A stretch of DNA of 32,000 nt from Ignicoccus pacificus DSM 13166 (GCA_025340205.1 CP006868.1:1470001-1502000), one strand, 5' to 3'; positions 1-8,407 are shown, numbered from the stretch's first letter. Numbers and translations are program-made. Notes: generated from the sequence alone by a model not told the origin.

Positions 1-202
1 CTTTACTCTTAGGAGGGAAGAGGATGAAGACGTCTAGCTCGAGATTCCCCCTTAACCACGTCTCCTTAGCCGCGCTTCCTTGAAGGGTGACCTCTCCTTT
101 GACTTTTTCCTTCTCCAGCTCCTCCTCTACTACCCTTTTCACCTTCGCGAATATCCTATCCCTTTTCTGGTACTCCTCCTTAGTTGGCCTTATCTTCTCC
201 AA
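1..202 (-). CDS. cca: CCA-adding enzyme (archaeal tRNA nucleotidyltransferase), N-terminal part, truncated by the window edge
   Basis: Not in the supplied ORF track. Reverse-strand translation reads ...LEKIRPTKEEYQKRDRIFAKVKRVVEEELEKEKVKGEVTLQGSAAKETWLRGNLELDVFILFPPKSK, with the archaeal CCA-transferase GS(x)A(K)xTWLRG..(L)D(V)F(I)LFP signature; sits directly downstream of thpR. Start codon uncertain (TTG at 202 suggested). Confidence 0.88.
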   Translation of the reverse strand, partial: MEKIRPTKEEYQKRDRIFAKVKRVVEEELEKEKVKGEVTLQGSAAKETWLRGNLELDVFILFPPKSK

Positions 203-221
203 TACGCTCTCTTCTAAGAGT

Positions 222-794
222 TTATGGAGAAGCGTCGAGCTTCACCTCCCTCAAGGTCTCATATATCGGTCCTCTCGGCGTTAAGGTAGATTTCTTCAAC
301 CTTATGTTAGTAACTTCGAACTCTCCTAGGTCTATGTCCTTCATAGACTCTATCCATTCAGTCAACCTTTCCCTACCTCTAGGTCCCTTTACTCTGGCCA
401 GCGTCACGTGAGCCGTAAATCCCTTGGTCTCCGGCCTAAAGCCCATCTTCCTTAGTTCCCTCTCAAGTATTCTAGCCATTTCTGCCAATACTTCGTCTCC
501 CTCAACTCCCACCCATATCACCCTAGGTCTGTAAGGAGAAGGAAATGCTCCTACGCCCTTAAGCCTTATCTTATGCCTCCTTCCGCTTTGAGCCGCTTTC
601 TGCATAACCTTTTCTATCTCATCTATCATGTCCACGGGTATGTTTCCTAGGAATCTCAGAGTTATGTGGAAGTTCTCCACCTCTACTATCTTGACATCCG
701 CTCCCGTCTGCTTGAGGGACTCCGCTAGTCTGCCGAGCTTGCCAGCCAGCTCGCCCTCTATGTCTACGGCAATAAAGGCTCTAACCTTCTCCAT
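222..794 (-). CDS. thpR: RNA 2',3'-cyclic phosphodiesterase (2'-5' RNA ligase family)
   Basis: Two HxTx motifs: HITLRFLG and HVTLARVK; 190 aa typical size. Confidence 0.93.
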   Translation of the reverse strand: MEKVRAFIAVDIEGELAGKLGRLAESLKQTGADVKIVEVENFHITLRFLGNIPVDMIDEIEKVMQKAAQSGRRHKIRLKGVGAFPSPYRPRVIWVGVEGDEVLAEMARILERELRKMGFRPETKGFTAHVTLARVKGPRGRERLTEWIESMKDIDLGEFEVTNIRLKKSTLTPRGPIYETLREVKLDASP

Positions 795-936
795 GCTCCT
801 CCCACTCCACTAAAGATTGGAGGAGCTGAAGAGCGCGATACAAGTTGGTCCTCCCGGTCCAGTAAGGAGGGGCTCTGAGATAGGCATCCTCTATCTCCTT
901 TAGCGCCTTGAGGGCGATTACTCGTACTCCCTCCAT
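781..936 (-). CDS. small hypothetical protein, 51 aa (MEGVRVIALKALKEIEDAYLRAPPYWTGRTNLYRALQLLQSLVEWEEHGEG)
   Basis: Missed by the ORF track. ATG at 934-936 overlaps the 3' end of tfs, stop at 781-783 overlaps the start of thpR, and it fills the inter-gene gap exactly on the same strand. Confidence 0.55.
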   Translation of the reverse strand: MEGVRVIALKALKEIEDAYLRAPPYWTGRTNLYRALQLLQSLVEWEEHGEG

Positions 937-1259
937 ACGTGACCACACTTCGTGCACTTGTAGAACCTGGTGGGAGGTTCGTCTCCCGCTCTGGTTTGGA
1001 GGAACCAGTAGTAGGCTTCATCATGTCCGCATTTAGGACAAATTACGTCTCTTGTCTTTGGTAAGGTCTCTACCTTTATCTTATCGTCAATAACTATTGT
1101 CTTTTCCCTTACGCTGTGGCTTATCTTCTTAGTAGTTCTTATAGGCTTAGCCTGAGAGGCATCCATCTCATAGCCGCATCTCATGCACTTTAGGATAGTC
1201 TTCCCTCCAACCCTCCTCGCAACCATTAACGAACCACACTTGGGGCAGAACTGCACCAT
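918..1259 (-). CDS. tfs: Transcription factor S (RPB9/TFIIS-like)
   Basis: N-terminal zinc ribbon CPKCG..CMRCGY and C-terminal CPKCGHDEAYYWFLQTRAGDEPPTRFYKCTKCGHVWREY, the TFIIS RSADEP-like loop. Confidence 0.96.
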   Translation of the reverse strand: MVQFCPKCGSLMVARRVGGKTILKCMRCGYEMDASQAKPIRTTKKISHSVREKTIVIDDKIKVETLPKTRDVICPKCGHDEAYYWFLQTRAGDEPPTRFYKCTKCGHVWREYE

Positions 1260-1396
1260 GGCTCAGTTTCACCAGACGATAGCCTACCGTGTATAGCTTA
1301 TTAATATCGAACGAATCCCTCACTCTAATCAATTAATACAGAGAAAGCCTTAATTCATAAGTTACGATTAACCAGTTCCTATGAGGTGAATCGAAC

Positions 1397-2866
1397 TTGA
1401 GTGAGCGCGGAGGAATGAGCGCACTACTGACCGGTATCAGAGTAGGGTTCAACAATCCTATAACTAGGACTATCCTCAAAAAGATGTCAAAAAGGATTAC
1501 TTGCATTGTCGACGGAAAGCCTATGACTGAGAGAATATCCTACTTCGCTATGGCTAAGTACGCTGGTCTAGACGTTAAGTGTCCTTGGAGCGCTTCTCTC
1601 TACAACGCCTTCCTGAGCGTGATCCTTGACGTTGCTCTGATGGCGTTCAAAGGAAATAAGGAGGAGGTGAGAGAGGCGTTAAAGGACCCCGCCGTTAGGA
1701 GAGGCATGGCTCTGGTGCTCGAGGGCCTTGGTAAGTACGGCGTCACCGTTCCTCAGAAGCTTCCCGCCCCCTTCCTTATCGTTTGGAACTTCACGAACAT
1801 GTGTAACCTAAGGTGCAAGCACTGTTATCAAAGAGCCGATAAGCCTCTTCCCGACGAGCTAACCCTAGATGAGAAACTGGACGTCGTGAGGCAGTTCGAT
1901 GAAGCGGGAGTAGCCGCTGTGGCCCTAAGCGGCGGAGAACCCACAATCCATCCACACTTCTACAAGGTGGTGGAGGCCTTCTCCGAGAGAGGAATATACG
2001 TCGCCGTAGCAACCAACGGTTGGCTATTCGCTGACAAGAAGTACTTAGTAAAAGCTAAGGAGAAGGGCGTTAGGTACATAGAGGTAAGCGTGGACTCCGC
2101 TGATCCCAAGAAGCACGACGAGTTCAGAGGGATTCCTGGCTCTTGGAAGAGAGCTGTTCAAACGCTCAGAAACGCCGTCGATATAAAGCTCAACCATGCT
2201 ATGGCTGTAACCGTGACGAAGAATAATATAGATGAGATAGATGATATCCTAAACCTAGCTGAGGAGATAGGCGTGTGGAGGGTCGTGTTCTTCAACTTCG
2301 TCCCCGTAGGTAGAGGGAAGGAGATCATGGACTTAGATCTGAGTCCCGAAGAGAGGGAGGAATTCATGAAGAAGATAGCTAAGGAGATGACAAAGAGGAA
2401 GATGGAGATCTACACCACTGCACCTCAGTACTCAAGAGTTACCATGGAAGTTTTAGGAACCACACTCCCCACACACTTCTCCGCACCTACTGACACCAGT
2501 TACTCTAAGGTAGTCTCAGCCTTGGCCGAGTTTGTGGGAGGATGCGGCGCTGGAAGGATCTACGCAGCCCTAGAGCCCAACGGCGACGTCACCCCTTGCG
2601 TCTTCCTTCCGATAGTAGTAGGCAACGTCAGGCAGAAGCACTTCAGAGAGATCTGGGAGACCTCTGAGCTCTTCCTAAAGCTGAGGGACAGGAACAACCT
2701 CAGCGGTTATTGTAAGGTCTGTCCGTACAGAGAGGTATGCGGAGGATGCAGGGCTAGGGCCTACGCCTACTTCAACGATCCCCTAGCGCCCGATCCGGGA
2801 TGCATATTCAACAAGAGCTCATGGGAGGAGCTAAAGAAACAAGTAGCTGAGGTCAAGGTCCTCTGA
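1397..2866 (+). CDS. Radical SAM / SPASM domain protein with ~125-aa N-terminal extension
   Basis: CNLRCKHC cluster motif, SGGEPTIHPHF, C-terminal cysteine-rich CxxCPYREVCGGCRARAYAYFNDPLAPDPGC; SD-like GAGGTGA before TTG start. Confidence 0.9.
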   Translation: MSERGGMSALLTGIRVGFNNPITRTILKKMSKRITCIVDGKPMTERISYFAMAKYAGLDVKCPWSASLYNAFLSVILDVALMAFKGNKEEVREALKDPAVRRGMALVLEGLGKYGVTVPQKLPAPFLIVWNFTNMCNLRCKHCYQRADKPLPDELTLDEKLDVVRQFDEAGVAAVALSGGEPTIHPHFYKVVEAFSERGIYVAVATNGWLFADKKYLVKAKEKGVRYIEVSVDSADPKKHDEFRGIPGSWKRAVQTLRNAVDIKLNHAMAVTVTKNNIDEIDDILNLAEEIGVWRVVFFNFVPVGRGKEIMDLDLSPEEREEFMKKIAKEMTKRKMEIYTTAPQYSRVTMEVLGTTLPTHFSAPTDTSYSKVVSALAEFVGGCGAGRIYAALEPNGDVTPCVFLPIVVGNVRQKHFREIWETSELFLKLRDRNNLSGYCKVCPYREVCGGCRARAYAYFNDPLAPDPGCIFNKSSWEELKKQVAEVKVL

Positions 2867-2880
2867 GGGTCACAGAAACC

Positions 2881-2889
2881 TTTTAAACC
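2881..2889 (+). promoter_or_regulatory. TATA box for tRNA-Met
   Basis: TTTTAAACC about 25-32 nt before the tRNA 5' end, archaeal box A spacing. Confidence 0.6.
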
Positions 2890-2912
2890 CTTATCCTTCC
2901 CTCCTCTCCGGA

Positions 2913-3017
2913 GCCGCCGTAGCTCAGCCTGGCAGAGCGCCGGGCCCATAAGCTAGGGTACCGAGAACCGACTGGGACACCCGGTGGCCCGGGGTTCGAA
3001 TCCCCGCGGCGGCACCA
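2913..3017 (+). tRNA. tRNA-Met (CAU), elongator-type, CCA encoded, 28-nt intron at 2951-2978 (position 37/38)
   Basis: Acceptor GCCGCCG/CGGCGGC, D stem GCTC/GAGC, anticodon stem CCGGG/CCCGG with loop CC-CAT-AA, T arm CGGGG TTCGAAT CCCCG, A73, CCA. Intron AGCTAGGGTACCGAGAACCGACTGGGAC. Central 4-bp helix CCCA/TGGG flanked by 3-nt bulges TA^A and AC^A. Confidence 0.93.
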
Positions 3018-3036
3018 TCCTCCCATCCCTCCCAAG

Positions 3037-3714
3037 GTGATGGCAATGGCACTAGAGAAGGTGACGATGACTGTTCTCATAGACAACACCTCACATCCTC
3101 CCTTCAAGAAGGCGTGGGGCCTATCTATATTAATAGAATCTCCAGAAGTCAAAATCCTCTGGGATTCCGGACCGGATCCTAATACCTTAACTCACAACGC
3201 CAACATACTGAACAAAGATCTTAAGGTAGACTACCTAATATTCAGTCATAGACACTGGGATCACACTGGAGGAACGGAGGCCGTAAGGTATAGAAAAGCA
3301 ATAGCCCCGAGAGATTGGCTCTTTCCTAAGTTCAAAAATCTAGTAATGAATAATAAATACTTGAAATTGATAGATGAAGTAATTGTAACGAGACCTCTAA
3401 TGGGGATGGGTCTTCCTGAGCAAGCCCTCCTCATTGACGTAAAAGGGTATGGTACGGTAATGCTAGTAGGCTGTAGCCATCCCGGCGTCGCCGACATGTA
3501 CGAAGACGTAGTTAAGAACCTAGGAATAAGGCCTAGGATGGTCATCGGTGGCTTCCACCTCTTTGGAGCGCCGAAGAGGTTGGTGGAGGAGACTATAGCT
3601 CGCTTGAGAAACTTAGGAGCTGAGAAACTCCATCCCATTCATTGCTCAGGGGAGTACGCTAAGCTGTTAGCGAGGAGCGACGTGGAGACGGGGACGGTGA
3701 TAGAGCTGCCATGA
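3037..3714 (+). CDS. MBL-fold metallohydrolase (beta-RFAP-synthase-related family)
   Basis: HRHWDHTGG, GCSHPG, GGFHLFG metal-binding motifs. Confidence 0.85.
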   Translation: MMAMALEKVTMTVLIDNTSHPPFKKAWGLSILIESPEVKILWDSGPDPNTLTHNANILNKDLKVDYLIFSHRHWDHTGGTEAVRYRKAIAPRDWLFPKFKNLVMNNKYLKLIDEVIVTRPLMGMGLPEQALLIDVKGYGTVMLVGCSHPGVADMYEDVVKNLGIRPRMVIGGFHLFGAPKRLVEETIARLRNLGAEKLHPIHCSGEYAKLLARSDVETGTVIELP

Positions 3715-4697
3715 AGAACTTGGCGAGAGAGATAAGGAGGAGGCTCGAGGAATTAAAGATCCTAAGGAGACATAAGGCATTAGCCAAGAGATATGGCTAC
3801 CTTCCTTACATGATAGCTCGCTATGACCTCTTCGTGGAGGACACCTTAGCTCTACTAAGGGCGTTCGAGAGAAGACCTAACGACGCCATCAGATGCAATC
3901 ACTTGAGATCGCCCTGTAAGAGGCTCGTCGAAAGGCTCGAGGAAAGGGGCTTCAAGCTCAAGAGAGTTCCTTGGTCTAGTAGGTGCTTTGAGGTGACTAA
4001 AGCTCCCTTCTCCCTCTCATCCACCCCCGAACATCTAGACGGATGGTTCTACATTATGGACAAGTCAAGCTGCCTACCTCCTGAGGTCCTCTCTCCTTCC
4101 CCGGGGGAGAGGGTCGCCGATTTGGCTTCCGCCCCCGGAGGAAAGGCTACCTACTTAGCTGAGATGATGGGGTATGATGGAGAGCTCTTGGCCTTTGAAA
4201 GGAACAGAGCTAGGGTTCCCGCATTGCTTAATAACATAGAAAGAATGGGGTCCTTAAACGTTAAGGTAATAGTTGACGACGCGTACAACGCTCCTAAGTA
4301 TGGCCCCTTCGACAAGGCCTTGCTAGATGCCCCCTGCACCGGAGAGGGGGTAATAGCTCGAGATCCCTCGAGGAAGAGGAGTAAGAAGATAGAGGATTTG
4401 GTCTTGATGCACAAGGTCCAAGTGGCGTTACTCAATAGGGCACTCGACTCCCTGAAGAGCGGAGGGATTCTCGTTTATAGTACGTGCTCCATAGCTCCCG
4501 AGGAAAACGAGCTGGTTCTCTTAGCGGTCTTAGAGGGGAGGGATGATGTGGAGGTATTGGACAGCGGGGAAGCCGGCTCTCCGGGGATAAGCGAGTACCT
4601 AGGATTTGAGTTTCCGGAAGCGGTCAAGTGCAGGAGGCTTTGGCCTCATATTCATGGATCCGAAGGATTCTTCGTATGTGCCTTGAGGAGGATCTAG
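3711..4697 (+). CDS. RsmB/NOP2/Sun-family RNA m5C methyltransferase
   Basis: SAPGGKATYLAEM, DAPCTGEG and YSTCSIAPEENE motifs; 4-nt overlap with upstream gene. Confidence 0.92.
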   Translation: MKNLAREIRRRLEELKILRRHKALAKRYGYLPYMIARYDLFVEDTLALLRAFERRPNDAIRCNHLRSPCKRLVERLEERGFKLKRVPWSSRCFEVTKAPFSLSSTPEHLDGWFYIMDKSSCLPPEVLSPSPGERVADLASAPGGKATYLAEMMGYDGELLAFERNRARVPALLNNIERMGSLNVKVIVDDAYNAPKYGPFDKALLDAPCTGEGVIARDPSRKRSKKIEDLVLMHKVQVALLNRALDSLKSGGILVYSTCSIAPEENELVLLAVLEGRDDVEVLDSGEAGSPGISEYLGFEFPEAVKCRRLWPHIHGSEGFFVCALRRI

Positions 4698-5731
4698 GCG
4701 AACTCCTCGTTGAGCTGTTCAGCGTTCTCTATGAACTTCCTCCTAGCGTTCTTAGCATAAGGATTCCTCTGCTGAATCTCCTTAACCACGTCGAACAAGC
4801 TCTCGAGTCTCTTGATAGTGTCTAGGGTCTTCTTGAAGGAATAGGTCACGTAGCCCTCGTAGTTCACGTCTAGTTCCTTGGCGAGCTCATCCATGGACCT
4901 CTTCAACGTAAGCAACGCGAAGTGATGGAGTACTTGGGTAACTGCCATCGCCTTGTCGTGCTCGTCAGGAGACGCGGTGACTACCTCGAAACCCATTGAA
5001 ACCAAGGCTTGACTGAGCTCCCTTACCCAGTAGTCGTAGCTCTTCAAGGGTATCATCACTATGGTCTCTCCTATGGGATCTATGTCAGGACCGAAGAGCG
5101 GATGTAAGCTTATGTACTCAACGTACTCCGGCAATTCCTTCAATATCTTATCGACTATTCCGCTCTTCACCGAGGATATATCGCTGAGGAGGCTTCCCGA
5201 CCTCATCAGTGGAGCAAGTTCCCTGACGACGTCTATCAAGGCGTCGGGAGGAACGGCAAGGATCAGCCACTCCACCTTGGAGGCCACTTCCTTTGGCTCT
5301 CCCCACTCCACCTTCAAGCTCTGAGCCAACTCTTTGGCCTTCTCGAGGTTCCTTCCCGTTATTACCACCTTGTGACCAGCTCTGGAGAAGACCTCAGCTA
5401 AGGTCCTCGCCATTCCTCCGTAGCCGTAGATCCCGATGTAGAGCTTACTCTTAGCGTAGAGCTGCTGGGATCTGGACTGTTGCAGAATGAGCTTGAATAC
5501 TTCCTCCACGAACCTCCAATCTATTCCTTCCTCAAGTCCCCATATTTCCCTAGTCTTGAGCACTTGCTCCTCTCTCGCTTTATCGAAGACTGGGATTCCA
5601 TATTTCCTCTTTATCTCCGTTATATCCTTCACTATTTTCATTCTCTTTGCTATTAATGAAAGGAGTTCCCTATCGACCTTATCTAGCTCCTTCCTCTTTA
5701 TCCTCAGTTCCTCTGGAACTCCTTGTGTCAT
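4694..5731 (-). CDS. tyrA: Chorismate mutase / prephenate dehydrogenase fusion (TyrA)
   Basis: N-terminal AroQ-type helix (IDxxD-like LDKVDRELLSLIAKRMKIVKDITEIKRKYGIPVFDKAREEQVL), then NAD-binding GIYGYGGMA and SLHPLFGPD, HDKAMAVTQVLHHF. Confidence 0.92.
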   Translation of the reverse strand: MTQGVPEELRIKRKELDKVDRELLSLIAKRMKIVKDITEIKRKYGIPVFDKAREEQVLKTREIWGLEEGIDWRFVEEVFKLILQQSRSQQLYAKSKLYIGIYGYGGMARTLAEVFSRAGHKVVITGRNLEKAKELAQSLKVEWGEPKEVASKVEWLILAVPPDALIDVVRELAPLMRSGSLLSDISSVKSGIVDKILKELPEYVEYISLHPLFGPDIDPIGETIVMIPLKSYDYWVRELSQALVSMGFEVVTASPDEHDKAMAVTQVLHHFALLTLKRSMDELAKELDVNYEGYVTYSFKKTLDTIKRLESLFDVVKEIQQRNPYAKNARRKFIENAEQLNEEFA

Positions 5732-6675
5732 TACTTTCTCACCCTACTCTCAAGCCTCTTAATTGTATTAACTATGGAGGTCGAGTCCAGTCCCTGAGCT
5801 TTTATAAGGTCTCTAACGTCTCTAGCTGACCTTCCATAGCTCTTGGCGCCCATGATCTTTATGGGTACCGGGATCTCGGGAGGGTTCTGAACCACGTACT
5901 CCGCTATGGCCGAACCTAGCCCTCCCCTAACTCCATGCTCTTCTATAGTAATTATGCCCTTGAACTTGTTTATTACCTTATCAAGCAAGGCTGTGTCTAG
6001 AGGCTTGACCGTGTGCATGTTTATTACAGCCACGCTTATCCCTTCCCTCTTTAGCATCTTCGCCGCTTGAAGGGCGTCCCACAACAAGGGGCCGTTGCCT
6101 ATTATCGCGTAGTCGTCTCCATCTCTCAACCAAACGGCCTTCCCTATTACGAAATCATAATCTGGATCATCGTAAACCGGAGGACCGTAATCCCTCCCTA
6201 TTCTCATGTAGACCGGGGTGGGGTAGTCTATTATCGCGTGAGTGGCCTTCGCCACCTCTATGGGATCTGCCGGAACCACCACCGTCATACAAGGCAACGT
6301 CCTCATGAGTGCCACGTCTTCCAATGCTTGATGGCTTGAGCCGTCTCCGGCGTCGGCGAAGCCAGCGTGGGTACCGACTATCTTCACGTTTACGTGAGCT
6401 CTGCAGACCATGTTCCTCACTTGCTCCCATGCTCTCATCAGGAACATAGCGAAGGCGCTGGCTAGCGGAAGGAACCCTACTGCGGAAAGTCCAGCGCTCA
6501 TCCCTATCATCGCTTGCTCCGAAATTCCCACGTTGATGAAGCGGTTAGGGAACCTCTCGGCGAACCACTTGGTTCTGGTGGCATCGGCCACGTCTGCTGT
6601 CAACACCACTAGGTCCTCTCTCCTCTCTCCCGCCTCTACCAGCGCCCTACCGAAGGCGTTCCTAGGACTTCCCAT
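5731..6675 (-). CDS. Transketolase, C-terminal (pyrimidine-binding) subunit
   Basis: DVADATRTKWFAERFPNRFINVGISEQAMIGMSAGLS...DAGDGSSHQALEDVALMRTLPCMTVVVPAD. ORF opens at 6696; ATG at 6675 is a likely start behind TATA AAATAAAAC. Confidence 0.93.
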   Translation of the reverse strand: MGSPRNAFGRALVEAGERREDLVVLTADVADATRTKWFAERFPNRFINVGISEQAMIGMSAGLSAVGFLPLASAFAMFLMRAWEQVRNMVCRAHVNVKIVGTHAGFADAGDGSSHQALEDVALMRTLPCMTVVVPADPIEVAKATHAIIDYPTPVYMRIGRDYGPPVYDDPDYDFVIGKAVWLRDGDDYAIIGNGPLLWDALQAAKMLKREGISVAVINMHTVKPLDTALLDKVINKFKGIITIEEHGVRGGLGSAIAEYVVQNPPEIPVPIKIMGAKSYGRSARDVRDLIKAQGLDSTSIVNTIKRLESRVRK

Positions 6676-6816
6676 TACCAACTTTGGACCCACCACTCTC
6701 CCACCAAGGGTGTTTTATTTACCTATGTCCTCGGTGAGGTCCCACACTCTTCATCGCGTCCGAACAAATTGGCCTCGTCATCGGAAGGTTAGGGTAGTGT
6801 TAAAAACTCATTAAGT

Positions 6817-8331
6817 TTAGACCACCACTCCGAAGCTGTACAGAAGCAAGTAAACGCCGGCTATTATCATGAGTATAGCGCTTATCAGTTCTATTTCCTT
6901 ACTCTTGTTAGTTAGTACCATAGCTAGGTTCTTAGCTTTCGGTGCTAGGTAGCTCACCACGGCTAAGGGTATGCCTATTCCTAAGGCGAAGCCTACTAGG
7001 GTGCTCAGTCCTCCGGCGGTCGCTATCAGTAACAGAGCTCCTATGACCAGAGGCAAGTTGCATTGAACCGAGAGGAATCCGTAAAGCGCGCAGAACAAGG
7101 AGGTGCTCCTCTTGTTTAGCTTTGCAGTGCTCACCTCCATGGGTACGTTGAGCACGGAAGCTAATCCAGCAGCTAGAACTGCCGCTCCTACTACCGGCAA
7201 TATCATCTTTTGGACGCTTAGGACCACATCAGAGAATATCAAGAAGAGCGCCCCTAGCGCCGCCACTCCTAAGGCCGCCAGCACGGCACAACTTATCGAG
7301 GAGCCTAGGCTGCTTTCGTTCCTTCTAATACTACTGGTAATGTGAGTAATGAAGAGAGGTAGCACACAAGGGGATACGGCCGCTGCCAGGCCAGCCGCCA
7401 GACCAACCAAGAAGGCCACTACTCCAGCGTAGTTCACCGTCCCCTCTGTCTCTACCTTTGAGGCCGCTCCGTTCTCAACGTTGACCTTTGGTGGGGCAGC
7501 GAACTGCTTGGCGTACTTCTCTCCTTGGTTGAGAAGTATTGCGCTGACGTAGTCTAAGAACCTCGCAGATGCCTTAATCTGCTCTTGGTTTAATGAGGTA
7601 TACTTCTTCATTGTAGCTACCTTCTGTTCCAGCTTGTTAAAACCTCCTAAGTATTGGCTTAGGAGCTCTCCGTTAGCTACGGCTTTCTCAATTAGGGGAG
7701 CTATGTTCTGTGCTTGGGAGCTGCTTAACCACTGCTGTATTGCCTCCTTGGTCAGAGCCATGGGAGCTCCGTGACACTTAGCACAAGAGCTCGTGTAGAC
7801 GCTATACCAGTAGTCCGGACCTTGCGAGCTCAAGCCCAAAGAGGCATAAACCCAGTTCCTCATCTCAGAGGTTATGTTAGACCCCACGAACCCTCCTACG
7901 TGTCTGGCGACCTCCTTTCCATTCTTAAATACTATGAAAGTGGGCACGTCCTCTACTCCGTACCTCTGAAACACGTCGGCCGTGGATGGGGAGTATGTTA
8001 TGTCGTAGAACTTTACCTTACCCGGCATTCCCTCTAGAACCACCCAATACGGATACATCCTCTTACAGACGGGGCATGTGCTTGACTTGAACATCACTGC
8101 CACGTATTTATTCTCCTTTAGTATCTTGTCAAAGGAAGCCACGTTAGTTATGCTGAATCCCTTTGAAAGAACGTATGTCTTCGCGACGTTCTCTTCGTAA
8201 TTTATGAAGAATGAGGCTATGAAGAGGCCCGCTATTACCACTATTAGCATGTAAATTCCGATCTTGCTTGACTCCTTTCTCTTAAAATCAAGTCGAGAAC
8301 CCTTGCCTTTCCTCGAGGTCCTGAAGCTCAC
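6817..8331 (-). CDS. Thioredoxin domain + c-type cytochrome domain + CcdA/DsbD-type transmembrane domain fusion
   Basis: Signal anchor; SSTCPVCKRMYP (thioredoxin CxxC) with cis-Pro VEDVPTFIVFKNG; YTSSCAKCHG (heme c CxxCH) with plausible distal Met in ATMKKYTSLNQEQIKASARFL; SPCVLPLF and SVQCNLPL CcdA cysteine motifs in a ~6-TM region. ORF opens at 8355 (TTG); GTG at 8331 fits the promoter better. Confidence 0.85.
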   Translation of the reverse strand: MSFRTSRKGKGSRLDFKRKESSKIGIYMLIVVIAGLFIASFFINYEENVAKTYVLSKGFSITNVASFDKILKENKYVAVMFKSSTCPVCKRMYPYWVVLEGMPGKVKFYDITYSPSTADVFQRYGVEDVPTFIVFKNGKEVARHVGGFVGSNITSEMRNWVYASLGLSSQGPDYWYSVYTSSCAKCHGAPMALTKEAIQQWLSSSQAQNIAPLIEKAVANGELLSQYLGGFNKLEQKVATMKKYTSLNQEQIKASARFLDYVSAILLNQGEKYAKQFAAPPKVNVENGAASKVETEGTVNYAGVVAFLVGLAAGLAAAVSPCVLPLFITHITSSIRRNESSLGSSISCAVLAALGVAALGALFLIFSDVVLSVQKMILPVVGAAVLAAGLASVLNVPMEVSTAKLNKRSTSLFCALYGFLSVQCNLPLVIGALLLIATAGGLSTLVGFALGIGIPLAVVSYLAPKAKNLAMVLTNKSKEIELISAILMIIAGVYLLLYSFGVVV

Positions 8332-8359
8332 GTTCAGAAACCCGGGCCCTACCAATGGC

Positions 8360-8380
8360 GGTTCAAATAAATATTGAACC
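8360..8380. promoter_or_regulatory. Perfect inverted repeat GGTTCAA-ATAAATA-TTGAACC over the TATA-like element of the Trx/cyt c/CcdA gene
   Basis: 7-bp perfect arms; AT-rich core is about 25-30 nt upstream of the inferred start at 8331. Confidence 0.55.
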
Positions 8381-8407
8381 TTCGAGCCCCTAGCTAGGGA
8401 AGGTCCC

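Noticed and set aside
2883-3152. Minus-strand 89-aa ORF over tRNA-Met
   Set aside because: Reads through a well-folded tRNA gene on the other strand.
4151-4435. Antisense 94-aa ORF in the RNA methyltransferase
   Set aside because: Overlaps the catalytic motifs of the real gene; low-complexity composition.
5061-6339. Plus-strand ORFs opposite tyrA and transketolase (5061-5324, 5487-5762, 6067-6339)
   Set aside because: Antisense shadows of well-supported minus-strand genes.
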